DNA of 64,000 bases. It comes from Fimbriosthenelais zetlandica (Eukaryota). The stretch covers positions 28,644,001 through 28,708,000 of the forward strand of contig OZ365114.1 in NCBI GenBank assembly GCA_977030845.1, in the 5' to 3' direction. Below the pieces are notes generated by a model. The model was not told the DNA's origin. It made no database searches and saw nothing but the letters and a program-made list of their open reading frames with translations. Both the position numbers and the translations under genes were made by a program. Position 1 is the first letter of the stretch; the number at the start of each line of letters is the position of its first letter. Positions 16,981 to 31,330 of this stretch are shown here, piece after piece.

Positions 16981-19900
16981 AGCCATTTTTCGTAGCGACA
17001 CAAACATCACCTTTGTCGCAGTAGTATCACAAGCAATATCGCAGTAGTGGATACATGGCTTTAGAATTGGGCCCAAAAATGGTAATCGCATGGACTATCG
17101 GTCTAATGGATCCATCCTAGCCTGTCCAAGCAGACCCAGTGAAACCCATGGGGTCCTGTCCTGGCACGGGAAGTGGTTTCACCAGATATGACTTGTTTGT
17201 CAGGTTTTGTACGCATGGGAGAGAAGGGTTAGATTCTGAGGCAGAGATACTGAGGAGGAACTGGTGATACTGTAGAAGACATAAATGGGATGGAGAGGAA
17301 GGGGAAGACGAGGTTTGGGGAAGAACAGAATTGTTCACGCGCGACATATAAAGTGAAACGATTGTGTTGCCGCTAAGCCTTGTGACCTATACTAGTAGTT
17401 TTCACTCCCAAATAGATCTGCATCATGTAGGTGTGCTGTCTCATGATGCCGCATCCACTTGGGTGTTTTCACAGCTTGCGACTCCTGCACTTGTTGCGAG
17501 TGTGTAGCCTCTATCGCATGAAGATCGGGTCTTTCTCCTGCATACCGAAAGTAATATATATATGGCAGCTCCGGCTGGTGGGTGCATACCATGGGTTGGG
17601 AACAGGCCTATAGTGTATATTATTGTATATTGTCTATTGTTCATAGGTAGGAAGTAAGGTAGACATGGGACAGAGGGACCACATGAGATCAAAGATATGA
17701 GTACATTAGCTGATGAGGGAGGGATACATGGTGGAAGGGTAATATGATATGATTGTATAAACAGAGAGGAGTGGGAGAGACTGAGACAGAGAGAGAAAGA
17801 GCAAGAGAGAGGGAGAGAGACATATAGATTGGAGAGAGAAAGAGATATAGAGGAGAGAGAGAGAGAGCGAGAAGAGAGGGAAAGAGAGAGCGAAGAGAAG
17901 AGAAATGGAAGAAGGATGAAATTGAACTGGATGACCTATAATAATATACAGTTTGACGTAGGAAATTTACTCTTGCATTAGCGGCCAAAAGCCGCTGCAT
18001 TTACATCAAGTTTATTTATCCATCAAGACAAAAATAAGAAAATAACGATTCATCCTAATTTACGAAATGTTCTTTCCCCCAGTCCACCGCCTGTGGTTTG
18101 AGTGGGGAGGGAGCTTTTCGAGCGCATTATTCAATTAAAATAAATTCATGGCTGCTCCTTCACTACCAGAGAAAGGCTTTAAAAAGTTGTTACCTCGAGA
18201 GCTTTTAAACTTAGGAGAAAAGACCCTGGTGGGTGCAGAAAAATTAAGTCAACATTTTTCGTTATTAAAGGCAAGTCAACAAATCCATAGATTTCAATTA
18301 GTAAGACAAATTATGTTCCAAAAACATTCCGAGTGTGAAAGTCAGTTATTTGTCTTTATTGAAAACTAACTTCATGTGAAATTTGTTTGTTTTCTGCATT
18401 GCTCTCAAGATTGGATTTTGGAATATTATCAACAATATCTGAAATAGTTTCTGCCTTGAGTCGTGTGTACATGCAGAACGTTAGAACATTTCCAATGGTA
18501 TAGGTAATGGATAACTAGAAATTTGCTCCCTAAAACAATCATGATAGACCACTAAACATAAGATAGATTATGCCATAGAGAAAACACCAAAAACCAAGTC
18601 AATACTCATTGTTAAACCTTGGAAAAATCCCAAATGTGAATATTTGAATGCATGTGAACATTCGGTTTTTCTTTTATAACCGGTCTTAAATATTCAGGTT
18701 ATACCTGATATTTTAAGGATTAAATATTCAGGTTTCCAAAGCCAAAACCTCATGTTGTCCTATATCTTTGAGTTTCTCTATTCAGGTTTAGGTTTCAGAT
18801 CGATATGAAATGAGAAAATGGAGAGCACCCATGACATCTTATTGATCCCCACAACTTTCATTTCCTAAATTCGATACACAACATTGTCAAGGTCTCCAAA
18901 TGTGTTTATGGCCCGAAATCAAAACCAGTGAAAGCTTTTATATGGCAATGAGTCCAATTGATTCCATTGTTTTGCCATTTTAGCACGATAGGGTTTGGAT
19001 TTCCGTCAATATCGTTGGGTCTGACATTTCAAGTCAATCGTGATTTGTCACGGGATTCTTTTGATTTACGAGTGTTGCGATTTTGTTGTGACTTTTCATT
19101 CCTTGTGACTGACTATTCTATGGCCTCAACTGCCATATATCTGACACAGCACGCGCAAAATGTAGCATAATATAGGCAACGATCGCAAATAACAAGCAAA
19201 TAATCGCCACAATCTCTTGCTCTGTCATCACAGTTGATCTAAAATTTAAGCAATGGAACCAAGAGAACAATATTATTGATGGTAATCCCAGATGAGGCCT
19301 ATTCTCCGCGGTTTTCATCTTTGTAAAATATGAACAACAAATGACATTGCTTATCATGTAAATCTGTAATCACCGCGTCTTCCTCCTCTCCCGTCAATCT
19401 TTCGCCTCATCTTGGGTTAGTTTAGTTTCTTACCAGCAGCGAGAGTCGCAGATGATGTGATTCTGGTCCATCGCCATGTAATCTGCATGTCAAATCAGCC
19501 CTGGTTGAATAGTGTGATACTATTGTATTATACCAGAATAAAGCACATATCTTACGATCGCTGATACGACTGAATATTGTTTATGATGGTTGACTATATC
19601 TTGGCCTTAAATGCCTATTTATTCTTGTAAATTCTCATTGCAATAGCGGATTTACACATGAGTTGACATTGTAGCCTAGCTTGTTTGGGTGTAGTAGCCG
19701 AACGCGACACTAGCCGTTATTTTCTATTACCGATTTTTATACTTAGCAAGCCCCTGCTAGTGCAAAAATGGGGTTCTTTTGCGAATGTGATTTTGTAGCA
19801 GCTTATGTGGCTGACTGGCCTTCTGAAAGCTGCACACATGAAACATTCAGTTACAAGTGACTGAAGAGAGTAAGCGGTTTATCAAACTATGTGCATGTCT

Positions 19901-20589
19901 TGTATACAAATGACTGTTATATCAATATATTATAACTCTTCATTGAATCAAGCTTGAGCTGATTTTAAATCCACATTTTAAAATTCCTCCTTTCCCCAGG
20001 AGAAAGGAAAACCTATATAAAAAACTGCATTGAATTTAAATGTCGACCTTGTATTGTTTTGTCCTGTGATCGCTGAAACATTGCTCACTGGAGGTGAAGC
20101 AATAATAGAAATAAATCATTTTTAGCTTGTGTTTTTTCCAACCAAGTCGCACACAGTTATTTGATAATGACCCGATGTTTTTTTACCATTGCTTATGCAT
20201 TTTTTTGCTTTTATAAATGTCGTTTTAATGCAAACACTTTTAAAAGTGTAATTCTTAGTTTAAATTTACCTTTAGCAGGCAATCTGTCCCTCAGTAGGTT
20301 GATGTTAGAAAGTTTGATTAAGATTCCGGTGGGATCTTCCCAGATTGTATTGGGTATTTTGTCTAGCCTTCCCAGACCCCTTGCCCTGACTCTCCTACTG
20401 GCCATGCATTCTGAACACCTGCTCATTGACAAAGGCTGCAAAGCTGCAGACGCTCCAAACACAGCTAATTAAAGATCAGGCTCAATCAAGCCGATTTCCC
20501 ATCCGATTTGCATCGGACGTAGACATGCCTGAGGCTATAGAGTCAGTGTGGAAGCTTACGGTTCAAATCTGCCACAATTCTTCCCAACC

Positions 20590-20825
20590 TAGTGATACTA
20601 TTGGGATATCAAAGGCCAGACAAGCGCCATGTAAAGGCCAGCCATGTCTCCTACTATCTGTGGCAAGAGGCATGTAAGGATCAGCCATGTCTCCCACTAT
20701 CTGTGGCAAGAGCCATGTAAAGATCAGCCATGTCTCCCACTGTCTGTATGAGGGCCTTGTAAAAGGCCAGCCACGTCTCCAACTGTCTGTAATGAGAGGC
20801 ATATAAAGGCCAGCCATGTTCACCA
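20590..20825 (+). repeat. 44-bp minisatellite family array (~5 units)
   Basis: Same unit and leader. Confidence 0.85.
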
Positions 20826-21809
20826 CGGGTATGCGAAAATAAGAAAACAAATAAAAGAAGAAGAGGGATTGGTGTCAATCAATGTTCTGGCGCCGAATGT
20901 TCCGAGACGTGGGGACATTCAGGTGGGAGGTGGGATGAATGGACATTAAAGATTAATACCATGTGTAAACGAGCCTACGTATACTGGACGCTAGATGCTA
21001 GATGCTAGATTCCCGAGTGAAATATTCTCCTTAAACACTATAATGATCCTGTTAAAGCCGGGCCCCCCATTCCACGATAGACAACTAAAATAGTGATTAG
21101 GATAGTTTATGCCATTGAGAAATTGCTTGAAATTCAGCCAAAATTCATTTTCAGAACTGGAATTTAAAAAATCAATAATTATGGCTATATTGTAGGCGTT
21201 TCCTGTATCAGATAACATATTGTATAAATCTTTACGTTTACCTTAGTTGTCTATCGTAACTGTGGGTGCACCTCTTTACAATGACCATGTTATTGCCCCC
21301 TTTTACCAGATATCTTGAGATGGCCATGGTGAAATATCTGCCCCTGGTATGCCTATAGTCAGCCCATGGAGAAATATTCTCCCCTGTAACACCAAATTAT
21401 CAAAATCATCTTATACAGCGATCTCTGACCTCATGACGAATTTGCCCCTGCCCTACCTGATCATTTGATATTACGTCCCCACGCCCACCCTCCCTCATGG
21501 TCTGGGATGACCATATATAATTGAATATCAACCCCCATCCCCAAATTCAGTAGTTGCTCATGATGGCCTAGTCTCCACTATGACAAGTGCTGCCCCCTAT
21601 CTGCCTACATGACAGACAGTGCCCTTCTGGGGAAATAGTATCCAGAGGGGGCACTGAGAAAAAGGGAGATTCACTTGCTCATTTTTGGCGCACAAAATCA
21701 GAGAAAAGTCTGGGTACAAACCCTGGCTCATGTTGCAGATTGTTCAATTTGAATCATTGAAGGAAGTTCCTGTTTAAATCAATCAAACATTATCCTAATT
21801 TGCTCATTC

Positions 21810-21982
21810 AAGCATGTCTCCCACTGTCTGTGTTGAGAAGCATGTAAAAGACCAGCCATGTCTCCCACTGTTTGTGCTGAGAGGCATGTAAAAGGCCAGC
21901 CATGTCTCCCACTGCCTGTGGTGAGAGGCATGTAAAGGGCCAGCCATGTCTCCCACTGTCTGTGTTGAGAGGCATGTACAAG
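21810..21982 (+). repeat. 44-bp minisatellite family array (~4 units)
   Basis: Same unit. Confidence 0.85.
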
Positions 21983-22249
21983 TTCTATCATGTCTTCCCC
22001 TTCTGTGATCAGGAGTAGGCCTATGTAAAGTTGTTGAATTGAAGTACATTTTACACTCACAAAGATCATGGGCATCCATTGTGGTTGGGAGTTCCCTCTT
22101 GGTGCCGGGAATGCCCACCAGGGGGCATATTTGACACGTATTAACCTCAGAATCAGATGATCACCACTCAACAACCTTCCCATCAGCCCCAGGGCCGTGG
22201 ACTTCCGGTTCCCCTGGGATGTTGGAAATAAGGCAGTCTCCAGGGTAAG

Positions 22250-22575
22250 AAAGAGAGGGGGCGCGGGGAGTGAGAGTGGGGAGGGGGTTGGGGAGAGAGA
22301 GGTATTGGAAGGGAGAGAGAGGGAGGGAAAACGATAGGGAGGGAGAGGGATAGGGAGGGAGAGACAGGGAGAAAAGGAAGATGAGGGATAGGGAGATCAG
22401 AGCAGAGATGGACAGAGAGGCGCTATAGGGGAGAGTAAGAAGGATCGAGGGGAGATAGTCAGAAAAGAGACTGGAAAGTCGCAGAGAGAGTGAAAGAGAG
22501 TGAGGGGGAGAGAGTGGAATGTGAGAGTGGAAAGATTATAGAGAAAGGGAGAAGAGTATATAGAGGAGAGAGCTT
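22250..22575. repeat. GA-rich purine tract (similar tracts at ~17755-17915, 23465-23740, 36975-37255, 37965-38075, 48280-48620)
   Basis: Degenerate (GA)n/(GGA)n; produces the SL-repeat spurious ORFs. Confidence 0.9.
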
Positions 22576-24396
22576 GGAGGTTCTTCCTATGAGGAGATAG
22601 ATTATCACTTATACGAGGCAGCCCTGCCTCCCTGGTTCTTATCCTGTCGAATCTTATATAAATCCTTATAAAAGCCCATTCATGTTCTAATATGGAATGA
22701 AAAAGTGGACTCTAGCTGGGAAATTCACACAGGCAGCTTTCAAAACCTGATGTCATAATTATAGAAAATATCACAATAATATATAAAAAAAGGCCTATAT
22801 CTATTTAGGAAGGGTGGAACTCTGAGGCCTGCAATATACAATGAAGCTGGTATATCATGCATGATTTTTGTCTTAACAGATTATTTCTTGCTGAGAAATC
22901 TTTGTGGAATTCTCCACTTTATAACAGAAATTCGTTTCTAACGGCCTCTGGAGGGACCGACCCTGAAGGTTGCGACTTGGGGGGTTAGGTGTATGCTTTC
23001 AGATTCTAAGGAGCTCGTACATGCATGCATGTGATTACCAAAATATTACGCTACCAATTATTCCATCAATGGACATGAGAACAAAAGTCATTGACCTTGC
23101 TGATTGCCTGTGCTAATCAAGGCTGAATATATGACAATAACATGTATTGTTCTAGCCTCCTGTATTGTACATGCCCATTACTGGTCATTGTATTGCTCGC
23201 TTTGTATTGCATCTATCGACCTCCATGAATGAATGGGTCGTGTATATCCAGCTGTGGTTTCTTTTCTGTCAATAGGAGAGTTGTATAAGCCAAGAGTACT
23301 TGTGAATCGTCATTAGCAAGTGAACAGATTGAATGCCGGATAATAACAGATGTTTGCTTGGGAAACAGTTCCGACATTGCTCGCAGGTTTATGCAATGCC
23401 CTTTCAGTAATATGATAAGTAGTTTTTAGAGGCAATTTGGAAAAATATGCGTAGTAGATTGACTTTTGAGAGAAAAAGAGATGGGGATTGGGAGGGAGAG
23501 GGAAAGAGATTGAGAGAGGCTAAGGAGAGAGTGAGAAAGAGAGATAGAGGGAGAGAGGGAGAAAAAGAAAGGGAAACATAGAGCGTGAGAGATAGTGAGA
23601 AAGAGATGGGCGAGAGAGAGAGAGAGAGAGAGAAAGCGAAAAAGAGATTAAGAAAGAGGAAGAGGTAAGAGAGAGACGGAGGCAGAGAGACAGCGAGTGA
23701 GAGAAACGGAGACGGAGATAGCGAGAGAGAAAGAGGCATCCTCGCCTTCCCCATCGTCCACTCTCATCATCTGTTCTGATGCAGACCTTGCTCTAGTGAA
23801 TCCAGACTGTAGTTTAAGCTGCACTATCTCACCCAGGTCTCTCTTAAAACCGAAGTATCTCATTTAGACTGGCAAATAAAACCAGATTAAAATGAGTCCC
23901 AGCCTGGGACCTTTCCACCTCCGCATCTGAAACAGTCATGTCACCCACGTTGGTTTCAAGTGCCCCCTTGGTCACAAATAAAGCCCATTTCCAGGCACAC
24001 TGGTTAAATATAGTACCTCATTTTATCCCCTTATATTTTTTCCCCATTCCTCATTCCAAGTGCCTTGGCGCGACCTTCCAGATTCCTGACCTTAATTTTA
24101 CCTCAAGGTCAAACCACCTAGCGGTGACCTTCGGAGGCAGGGGCGACTGGGAAAGGTCAGAGTCGTGATTCGTTAAAGGTTTTGATATAGGACCTATAAA
24201 AGTTACCCATGATAGGGCACTGGAAAAGGCGGATGTGAGGGATATGTGAAATGCTCAAGTCTGATTGGAAGTTGGAAGGTATGACATCAAAGGCCCTTGA
24301 CTCATTCTCATCTTGCTGACTCTGTCACTGACTCATGCAAGTGTCCTTAGCGAAATGCTAGTTTTGCTATTAAAGTGCAACCTATATGGACTTAGG

Positions 24397-24846
24397 TTAG
24401 TAGGTGAGAGCACCAGCTCATTCAGGGTGTTAGCTCAGTGGGTGAGAGCACCAGCTCATTCAGGGAGTTAGCTCAGTGGGTGAGAGTACCAGCTCATTCA
24501 GGGAGTTAGCTCAGTAGGTGAGAGTACCAGCTCATTCAGGGTGTTAGCTCAGTGGGTGAGAGCACCAGCTCATTCAGGGTGTTAGCTCAGTGGGTGAGAG
24601 CACCAGCTCATTCAGGGTGTTAGCTCAGTGGGTGAGAGCACCAGCTCATTCAGGGAGTTAGCAGCTCAGTAGGTGAGAGCACCAGCTCATTCAGGGAGTG
24701 AGCTCAGTAGGTGAGAGCACCAGCTCATTCAGGGTGTGAGCTCAGTAGGTGAGAGCACCAGCTCATTCAGGGAGTTAGCTCAGTAGGTGAGAGCACCAAC
24801 TCATTCAGGGAGTTAGCTCAGTTAGGTGAGACCACCAGCTCATTCA
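24397..24846 (+). repeat. 38-bp tandem array (~12 units) resembling a tRNA 5' half / Pol III A-box
   Basis: Unit GAGAGCACCAGCTCATTCAGGGWGTTAGCTCAGTRGGT. Confidence 0.95.
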
Positions 24847-25323
24847 TATGGTACATTATGATAAGACCATTTCCGAATCCGTCTGAACTGCCTGGGTGCA
24901 TAAGAAATCGTAACTATATTTGCGAATCGAATAGACTCCAGTGGATCAATGCTTTCCCCTTAGGTGTCATTTAAATGTTAAGGTGTGAACGCTACTGAAT
25001 GTGGCAGCCAACCTCAAAACTGTTAGTGGTCTCCAGATTGCCTCCAAATTCTACTAAAAGGTCAAATTGCTTTTTACCACATTAGACTGGTCGGGGGACC
25101 ATTTCATGAAAGGAAGCATGTACTATATTAATCAATGTTAACTGCATGACTATGTACAGTCGGGGATATTTCTATTGAAACAGCCCCCAGGTATTAATTG
25201 CTCCGGCAGCTTTTTGATTTGTCTGATTTGTGAATGGACATGATTCATAGGATCAGCTACAGCACATTAGTGGTGATCAGAAGTACTCACTTAGAGTAGT
25301 TTCCACTGGTAAGGCGCTCTGTC

Positions 25324-26057
25324 AGGTAGAGCACAGCTCATTCAGAGAGTGAGTAGGTGAGAGCACCAGCTCATTCAGAGTGTTAGCTCAGTAGGTGAGA
25401 GCACAGCTCATTCAGGGAGTGAGCTCAGTAGGTGAGAGCACCAGCTCATTCAGGGAGTTAGCTCAGTAGGTGAGAGCACCAGCTCATTCAGGGAGTTAGC
25501 TCAGTAGGTGAGAGCACCAGCTCATTCAGGGATTTAGCTCAGTAGGTGAGAGCACCAGCTCATTCAGGGTGTGAGCTCAGTAGGTGAGAGCACCAGCTCA
25601 TTCAGGGAGTTAGCTCAGTAGGTGAGAGCACCAGCTCATTCAGGGATTTAGCTCAGTAGGTGAGAGCACCAGCTCATTCAGGGTGTGAGCTCAGTAGGTG
25701 AGAGCACCAGCTCATTCAGGGTGTGAGCTCAGTAGGTGAGAGCACCAGCTCATTCAGGGTGTTAGCTCAGTAGGTGAGAGCACCAGCTCATTCAGGGATT
25801 TAGCTCAGTAGGTGAGAGCACCAGCTCATTCAGGGTGTTAGTAGGAAAGAGCATCAGCTCATTCAAGTAGTTAGCTCAGTAAGTGCGAGCATTAGCTCAT
25901 TCAGGGTGTTAGCTCAGTATATTAGAGCTCCAGCTCATTCAGGGTGTTAGCTCAGTATAGGTAAGAGCACCAGCTCATTCAAGTAGTAAGCTCAGTAGTT
26001 GAGAGCACCAGCTCATTCAGGGAGTTAGCTCAGTAGATTAGAGCACCAGTTAATTCA
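25324..26057 (+). repeat. Second 38-bp tandem array (~19-20 units)
   Basis: Same unit as 24397-24846, degenerate at both ends, separated from it by ~475 bp of unique DNA. Confidence 0.95.
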
Positions 26058-29000
26058 TAATCGAAAGTTTTACTGCCATTTCACTGTGTAGATTCAATTC
26101 TGTGCAATTTCATTATGATAAAGTCTGACCAAACGCTGGCTTTGAGGTCTTTCAGAGAATAGGGCGGGTAGCCTTTTGAACAAATTCTCCAGCGCCATTG
26201 TTTGAAATCTGCCAGACCGGTTATCTTTATTCCCATGGCCATTATTCCCTCCATAGTTTGGACTGAATCAAGATTTATCGATGAGAATTCAAGATTCTGG
26301 AAAGAGGAAGAGTTTCAATGGGCTCCTTAGACATTGTGTACTCGTTTCTGAGGTTTCATTACGCCTCTATGCCAGTTGGAATCTGAAACGAAATAAAAAA
26401 CACCTCGGATGAAGCATCGGTGGTTCCCTCTCCTTGCTGACTTAATTCCACGACTAAATTATGCTTTGATTAAGATCTAAAAGTGCGAGTGAATCTTGGT
26501 TCATTTTAATTCGGAGCGAAAGGAGATGGAGAATGAGGTCTAGTGTGTTTGTTATCCGATGCATAAGCGTATTACAAATACACATGATGGTTCGTTTTTA
26601 ACATCAGAGGAAACACGCTGTTGGTACACCATGTGACACTCATTTCTGTATGAAAGTTCCAGTTTCACGGGCAACGGATTGTGTGTTTGTTGTGTTATTT
26701 TGTCCATTAATGGAATGATGCTTTTACATGCCACTCAGACAGTATGAGAAATGGCAGGCCTCTCACCTTAGACAGTGGACCACCATTTAACAGCACTGCA
26801 TGGGTGGATGAGTCAAGACAAGACCCCATTCACCATGGAATAGAACGGCCATGGTGATAAAACAAAAGCATAAGGCATCATAGACATTGCATTGTCGTTC
26901 CTTTCATAATGACAAACCATTACCTGTGATTCAGAGAACATTGTTGTGTACTCTTTTTATTTGTTCCATTGTTTGCAGATGGATAAAACAGAAACGGGGC
27001 TAATCTTATTATTCAGGAAGGATAAAAAGCTGACAGGATTCTCTATTGGCTTCAGAGCTCTCTAAATGTGCTCAGAGGTTTCAATCCCACTTACGCTAAT
27101 TAACTCAGAGTATACATTAATCAACTACTGTGTACCACCGAAAAAAGGCCGAGTAGGTCTGATTGGGACCACCAGGGCGGTGTACTGGTTAGAGTGTCTT
27201 CCCCGTGTGTGGAAGGTAACCAGTTCCAATCCCGTCTGAACCATACCAAGACGAAATAATTGGTACTGGATCCTTCCTCGCAAGTCACAATGAAGGGGGG
27301 GGGGGGGGGAGAGAGAGGGAAGAGGGAGGGAAAAGAGGGCAGAGATTGGAGGGAAGGATGTGGTATCACGTCACATCACGACACCTTGTGTTAATGACGT
27401 CACGCACGTCATACGTCACCTTGACACCCCTCCCACATGCGTCGTCATGGCAAAGGTGTAAACAGATATAAGCCCGCCTGTGATTGGCTAATCACAACAC
27501 GAGATGCTGTCACATGGGTGGTAGCGAGGACAGGATGTAAGCTCACTCCTTATTGGCTAATTCCGCCATGTCATGGTGTGAAACGTGATAGAAACTGTCC
27601 AATCATGAGACACGGGATTGTAGTGTGAAGGCAGCTAAACTTGCCATATATTAAGGGAATAAGAGATATGTCATTATGTATAAATATTATCATGCATAAG
27701 ATATATAAAAGTTCACCTTGTTCTTCAAAGAAAGAACAGGTTTGAAGCCAAACAAGTTCAAAACATCTTTGTAAATATCGCATCAAAATACACGCGAATA
27801 TCAAATGCTAAATATGCTTTCATTCTTGGCAGTTGCAGGACAGTCAACATCAAACCCAGTTACTTGTCAGTTGTTAAGGGTGGATTATTTAACTGAATCG
27901 AGCATGCAAGTCCCGTCCAAGTAACATTTATTTGAATGTAACGAGCCTAATTATAGACTGGAAACATAAGAAGGACCAGTGCTAGAAAATAAAAGAGGAG
28001 TTACATGTACTTTAAAAACATGTTTATGTGCGGCTAATGACTACTTAAAAATGATGGGATGACAGTGGTCGTCTAGAAATACAAAACCCGCGGAGAAAGA
28101 AACACTGCACTAATCATGGTAATAATTATCACTGGACCCCAGACTGACAGCCTCACGACCGTTGACAGGCGCTGATTTAACAGGCGCTGGTTTGCCAGGC
28201 GATAATTTGCCAGACGCTGGTTTGTCCGTCTCTCTTTTGCCAGGCGCTGGTTTGTCCGTCTCTCTTTTGCCAGGCGCTGTTTTCACAGGTCATGATTTGG
28301 CAAGTGGTTTCAGAATCGCAGCAGTGGAGGCCAGCCTTAACTAAATATGAAAGTTGATGGAAGTGAAACCTCATTCTACGCTCAATGTTTCTCTAATGAG
28401 AGACAATCACTAGAATCAGCCTTCATTAAGCCTCCATTCACTCACCCTCCCCCCTCCCCCACCCCCACCCCCCACCTCCTCTGCCAAAATATGACATCAC
28501 CAGAGACGCTCAGTCCTCCCACACACGCCTCTCAAGCGGAAGTGGCGTCAGTCGAACACTCATTTTTATCCTGTTCGTAAATCAAATGACTCGAATTGGA
28601 ACAAACAGTGACTTCAGAGTGATTTTATAGGTATTAATTGGTCCCATCAACACTCTGTCAAGTGTGTTTCTGCCCTGGGCCATGACCAGTAGGACGTTTC
28701 CTATAGACATACATATAGATAGATTCTCTAGTGCCTTGTTAGTTCCACCGGATTTTCTACCGCAATTGAACTACACTAGCAGGGTTTTGCTATGTCTAAG
28801 AGGTGTGTTTAATATGCTCTATTCCGGAGGGATGCTTATACATCTGGTCTATTTGAGAGTGGCGTGGCAGATATGGCAGTTGAGGCCATAGAAAAGCCAC
28901 AACAAAATCACAAAACTTGTAACGTAAAAGAACCCCAATGAAGGTAACCCATGATTATAAGCTGTGTATATGATGGGGTTTAGTGTCTGTGGTAGGTTTA

Positions 29001-29499
29001 GGGTTGTTTGATCTGTTCGGTCGATATCTGGTTGTCAGTCGGGGTTTCCCTGATTTGGCATCTGATCAGTCGACTCAGTGGGAATCCCGGGTCATGACTC
29101 CACTCAGTGGACATGTGGGATGAGCCTGATAAATCAATGGGCATCCACATGCTACTACCTTTACCCCCAGGACCATACCACACCCCAGAATGGCATGTAA
29201 GGTCCCCAAACACCTACACAGTCCCGTACCCGAATAGTCCATGGTCCTTGAGGAATTAATCAGATATCCAAAAGTGCACGAGTCGGTTTTTTGTTTTTGG
29301 ATTTGGAAAATGCCTTTGACTTAGTCGAAAGTCAACATTCATTATTGCGAGTGTTGGTTCGAATGTTAGTGAAATTACAAATGTACTGAGATATCTGAAT
29401 CACTAGTAATGGAATGTTTGAAGTAAGCTTCCATTTTATTCAAATATGGAGTTCCACATGGTTCACATCTTAGCCCATGGCTATGTTCTATATATAAGG

Positions 29500-29680
29500 T
29501 CAACCATGTCTCCCACTGTCTGTAGTGAGAGGCATGTAAAAGGCCAGTCATGTCTCCCACTGTCTGTGTTGAGAGGCATGTAAAAGGCCCGCCATGTCTC
29601 TCACTCTCTGTGTTGAGAGGCATGTAAAAGCGCAGCCATGTCTCTACACTCTTGAGCAAGGCATATAAAAGGCCTGCATT
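29500..29680 (+). repeat. 44-bp minisatellite family array (~4 units)
   Basis: Same unit. Confidence 0.85.
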
Positions 29681-30719
29681 GCACTGGGGTCACATAGTCT
29701 GTGCCAACAGAGCTAATTTGCCTCTAAGTTGTCTAATATGTCTGAGTGAAAGCTAGAACTAGGAAGCTTCTAACATTGCCAAGAGATCTTAAGATCTTTC
29801 TTTTTATAGATAAAACGAAATCAATGATATAAATGATCTGAAGACCATCATTGGCACTTCACTGACTTAGAAGGCAACGTTTCAAAGAGGAAAGATTTAA
29901 TTAGCGAAAGGCTTTGATCAAAGTCAGTCACTTATGATTTCTGTCATCATCTTTCTGTCTCGATTTTAGAGTTTATTCGATAGCTCCTGCTATGATGGGC
30001 ACCCACTATCACGACAGACCATTAAAGATAGCAGTTAAGATAGGTTAGGTAATAGGAAAAGCATCCCGAATTCAGCCAACACTTATTTTTACACATTGGG
30101 AAATTGCCAAGGATAAAAAAAGAAAAGAGAAGAAAAATGATATAGTGGTGGGGTCAGGGGAAGCTGTCTAGCTCCGTCATTCTCTCTGCCTCTCTCTCAT
30201 TCTCTCTCCCCCTCATTCTCTCTGCCTCTCTCCCTCTCTCTCCTCTCTCCCCACTCCTAGCTTCACCAAAAAAACGAGCTCTCATAAGCCCCATTGGACA
30301 AGCTCATAATCAGGGCGGCTATACCAGCGCCGCAAAAAGTAGTCCCTCACATCCCAGTAAAATCAATACGCCTTAAAAAGTAGTTAACAAGGAGTTTTTA
30401 AAGGGATTCTTTGTCTCATATTATCTGATTTACTCTAAGACATCTTCATCTAGTTATATTTTGTATGATTATTAATTGTGTAGGACAGACAGGTTTTTGT
30501 TAAATGATGGTGACATGTAGTGAATGGGATGTAACAACTGTATTATATGGATTTATAGTTGAACAGGGAAAAAGAGAAAAGAGATGTGATGAGGAGAGAA
30601 GGCAAGTGAGAGTGAGAGGGAGAGACGGAAGGAGAGGGAGAGAGGAAAGAGAGGGTAATATAAGTAGAGACATCTATGCCCGTATACATGAATGTATTTG
30701 GTGGACCATTGAGTGTGGC

Positions 30720-31330
30720 CCTACACACCCCAGTTCATGTAAGTGACTGGTATCTGTAGTTATATGGGTATAAAACTTTGCAAGAATTGCAAATCATGTA
30801 TATCTTATGGGTATCTCAAACTATCTAGTACACTAATAGGGTACCTACCAGGAACCATTGCCTGGTGATTCTTGCAGTGGTTCTTGCAAGTGGAGCTTGT
30901 CTACAAGACCATTAATTGCAAGTGCATCAATTGCTGCCAGAAAATAATATATCATGTCAGAAACGGAAGGCAACAGTCAGCAATTGACATCTCCCTAGAC
31001 CCATGCGTTCAGTCCATGTAGGTGACTGACATCTGTAACCCCAGCCCCCTCCTGTCTGGGGAGGAAATGGGCATACAACTTTGCAAGAATTGCAAATCAT
31101 GAATATCGAGTGGATATCACTAATGACCTGGTACACTGATAGGGTAGCTACCAGGGATCATTGCCTGGTGATTCTTGCAGTGATGCTTGCAAGTGGAGCT
31201 TGTCTACAAGACCATCAATTGCAAGTGTCAGAAAGAACACAACACAACAGAAGGCAACACTGAGTAATTGACATATGCTTACATAGAATGTGAACCCTTT
31301 TGCAACCAGTCCATATATCTGATGGATATC
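30720..31330 (-). repeat. Inverted, diverged ~2-unit copy of the 322-bp satellite
   Basis: CATTGCCTGGTGATTCTTGCAGT...GTGGAGCTTGTCTACAAGACC is the reverse complement of the satellite core; local period ~304. Confidence 0.9.

Noticed and set aside
19118-19357. TM-like ORF ending DIWQLRP
   Set aside because: The end is the GATATGGCAGTTGAGGCC repeat core, and the nearby donor and acceptor splice into a stop codon.
24397-26057. CRISPR-like appearance of the 38-bp arrays
   Set aside because: Units are head-to-tail with no unique spacers, no cas genes are present and the context is eukaryotic. Also not tRNA genes, since the anticodon, T-arm and acceptor 3' side are absent.
28162-28344. Pentapeptide-repeat-like ORF (GADLT GAGLP GDNLP DAGLS)
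   Set aside because: It follows automatically from a 15/30-bp DNA tandem repeat; it is short and has no supporting exons.
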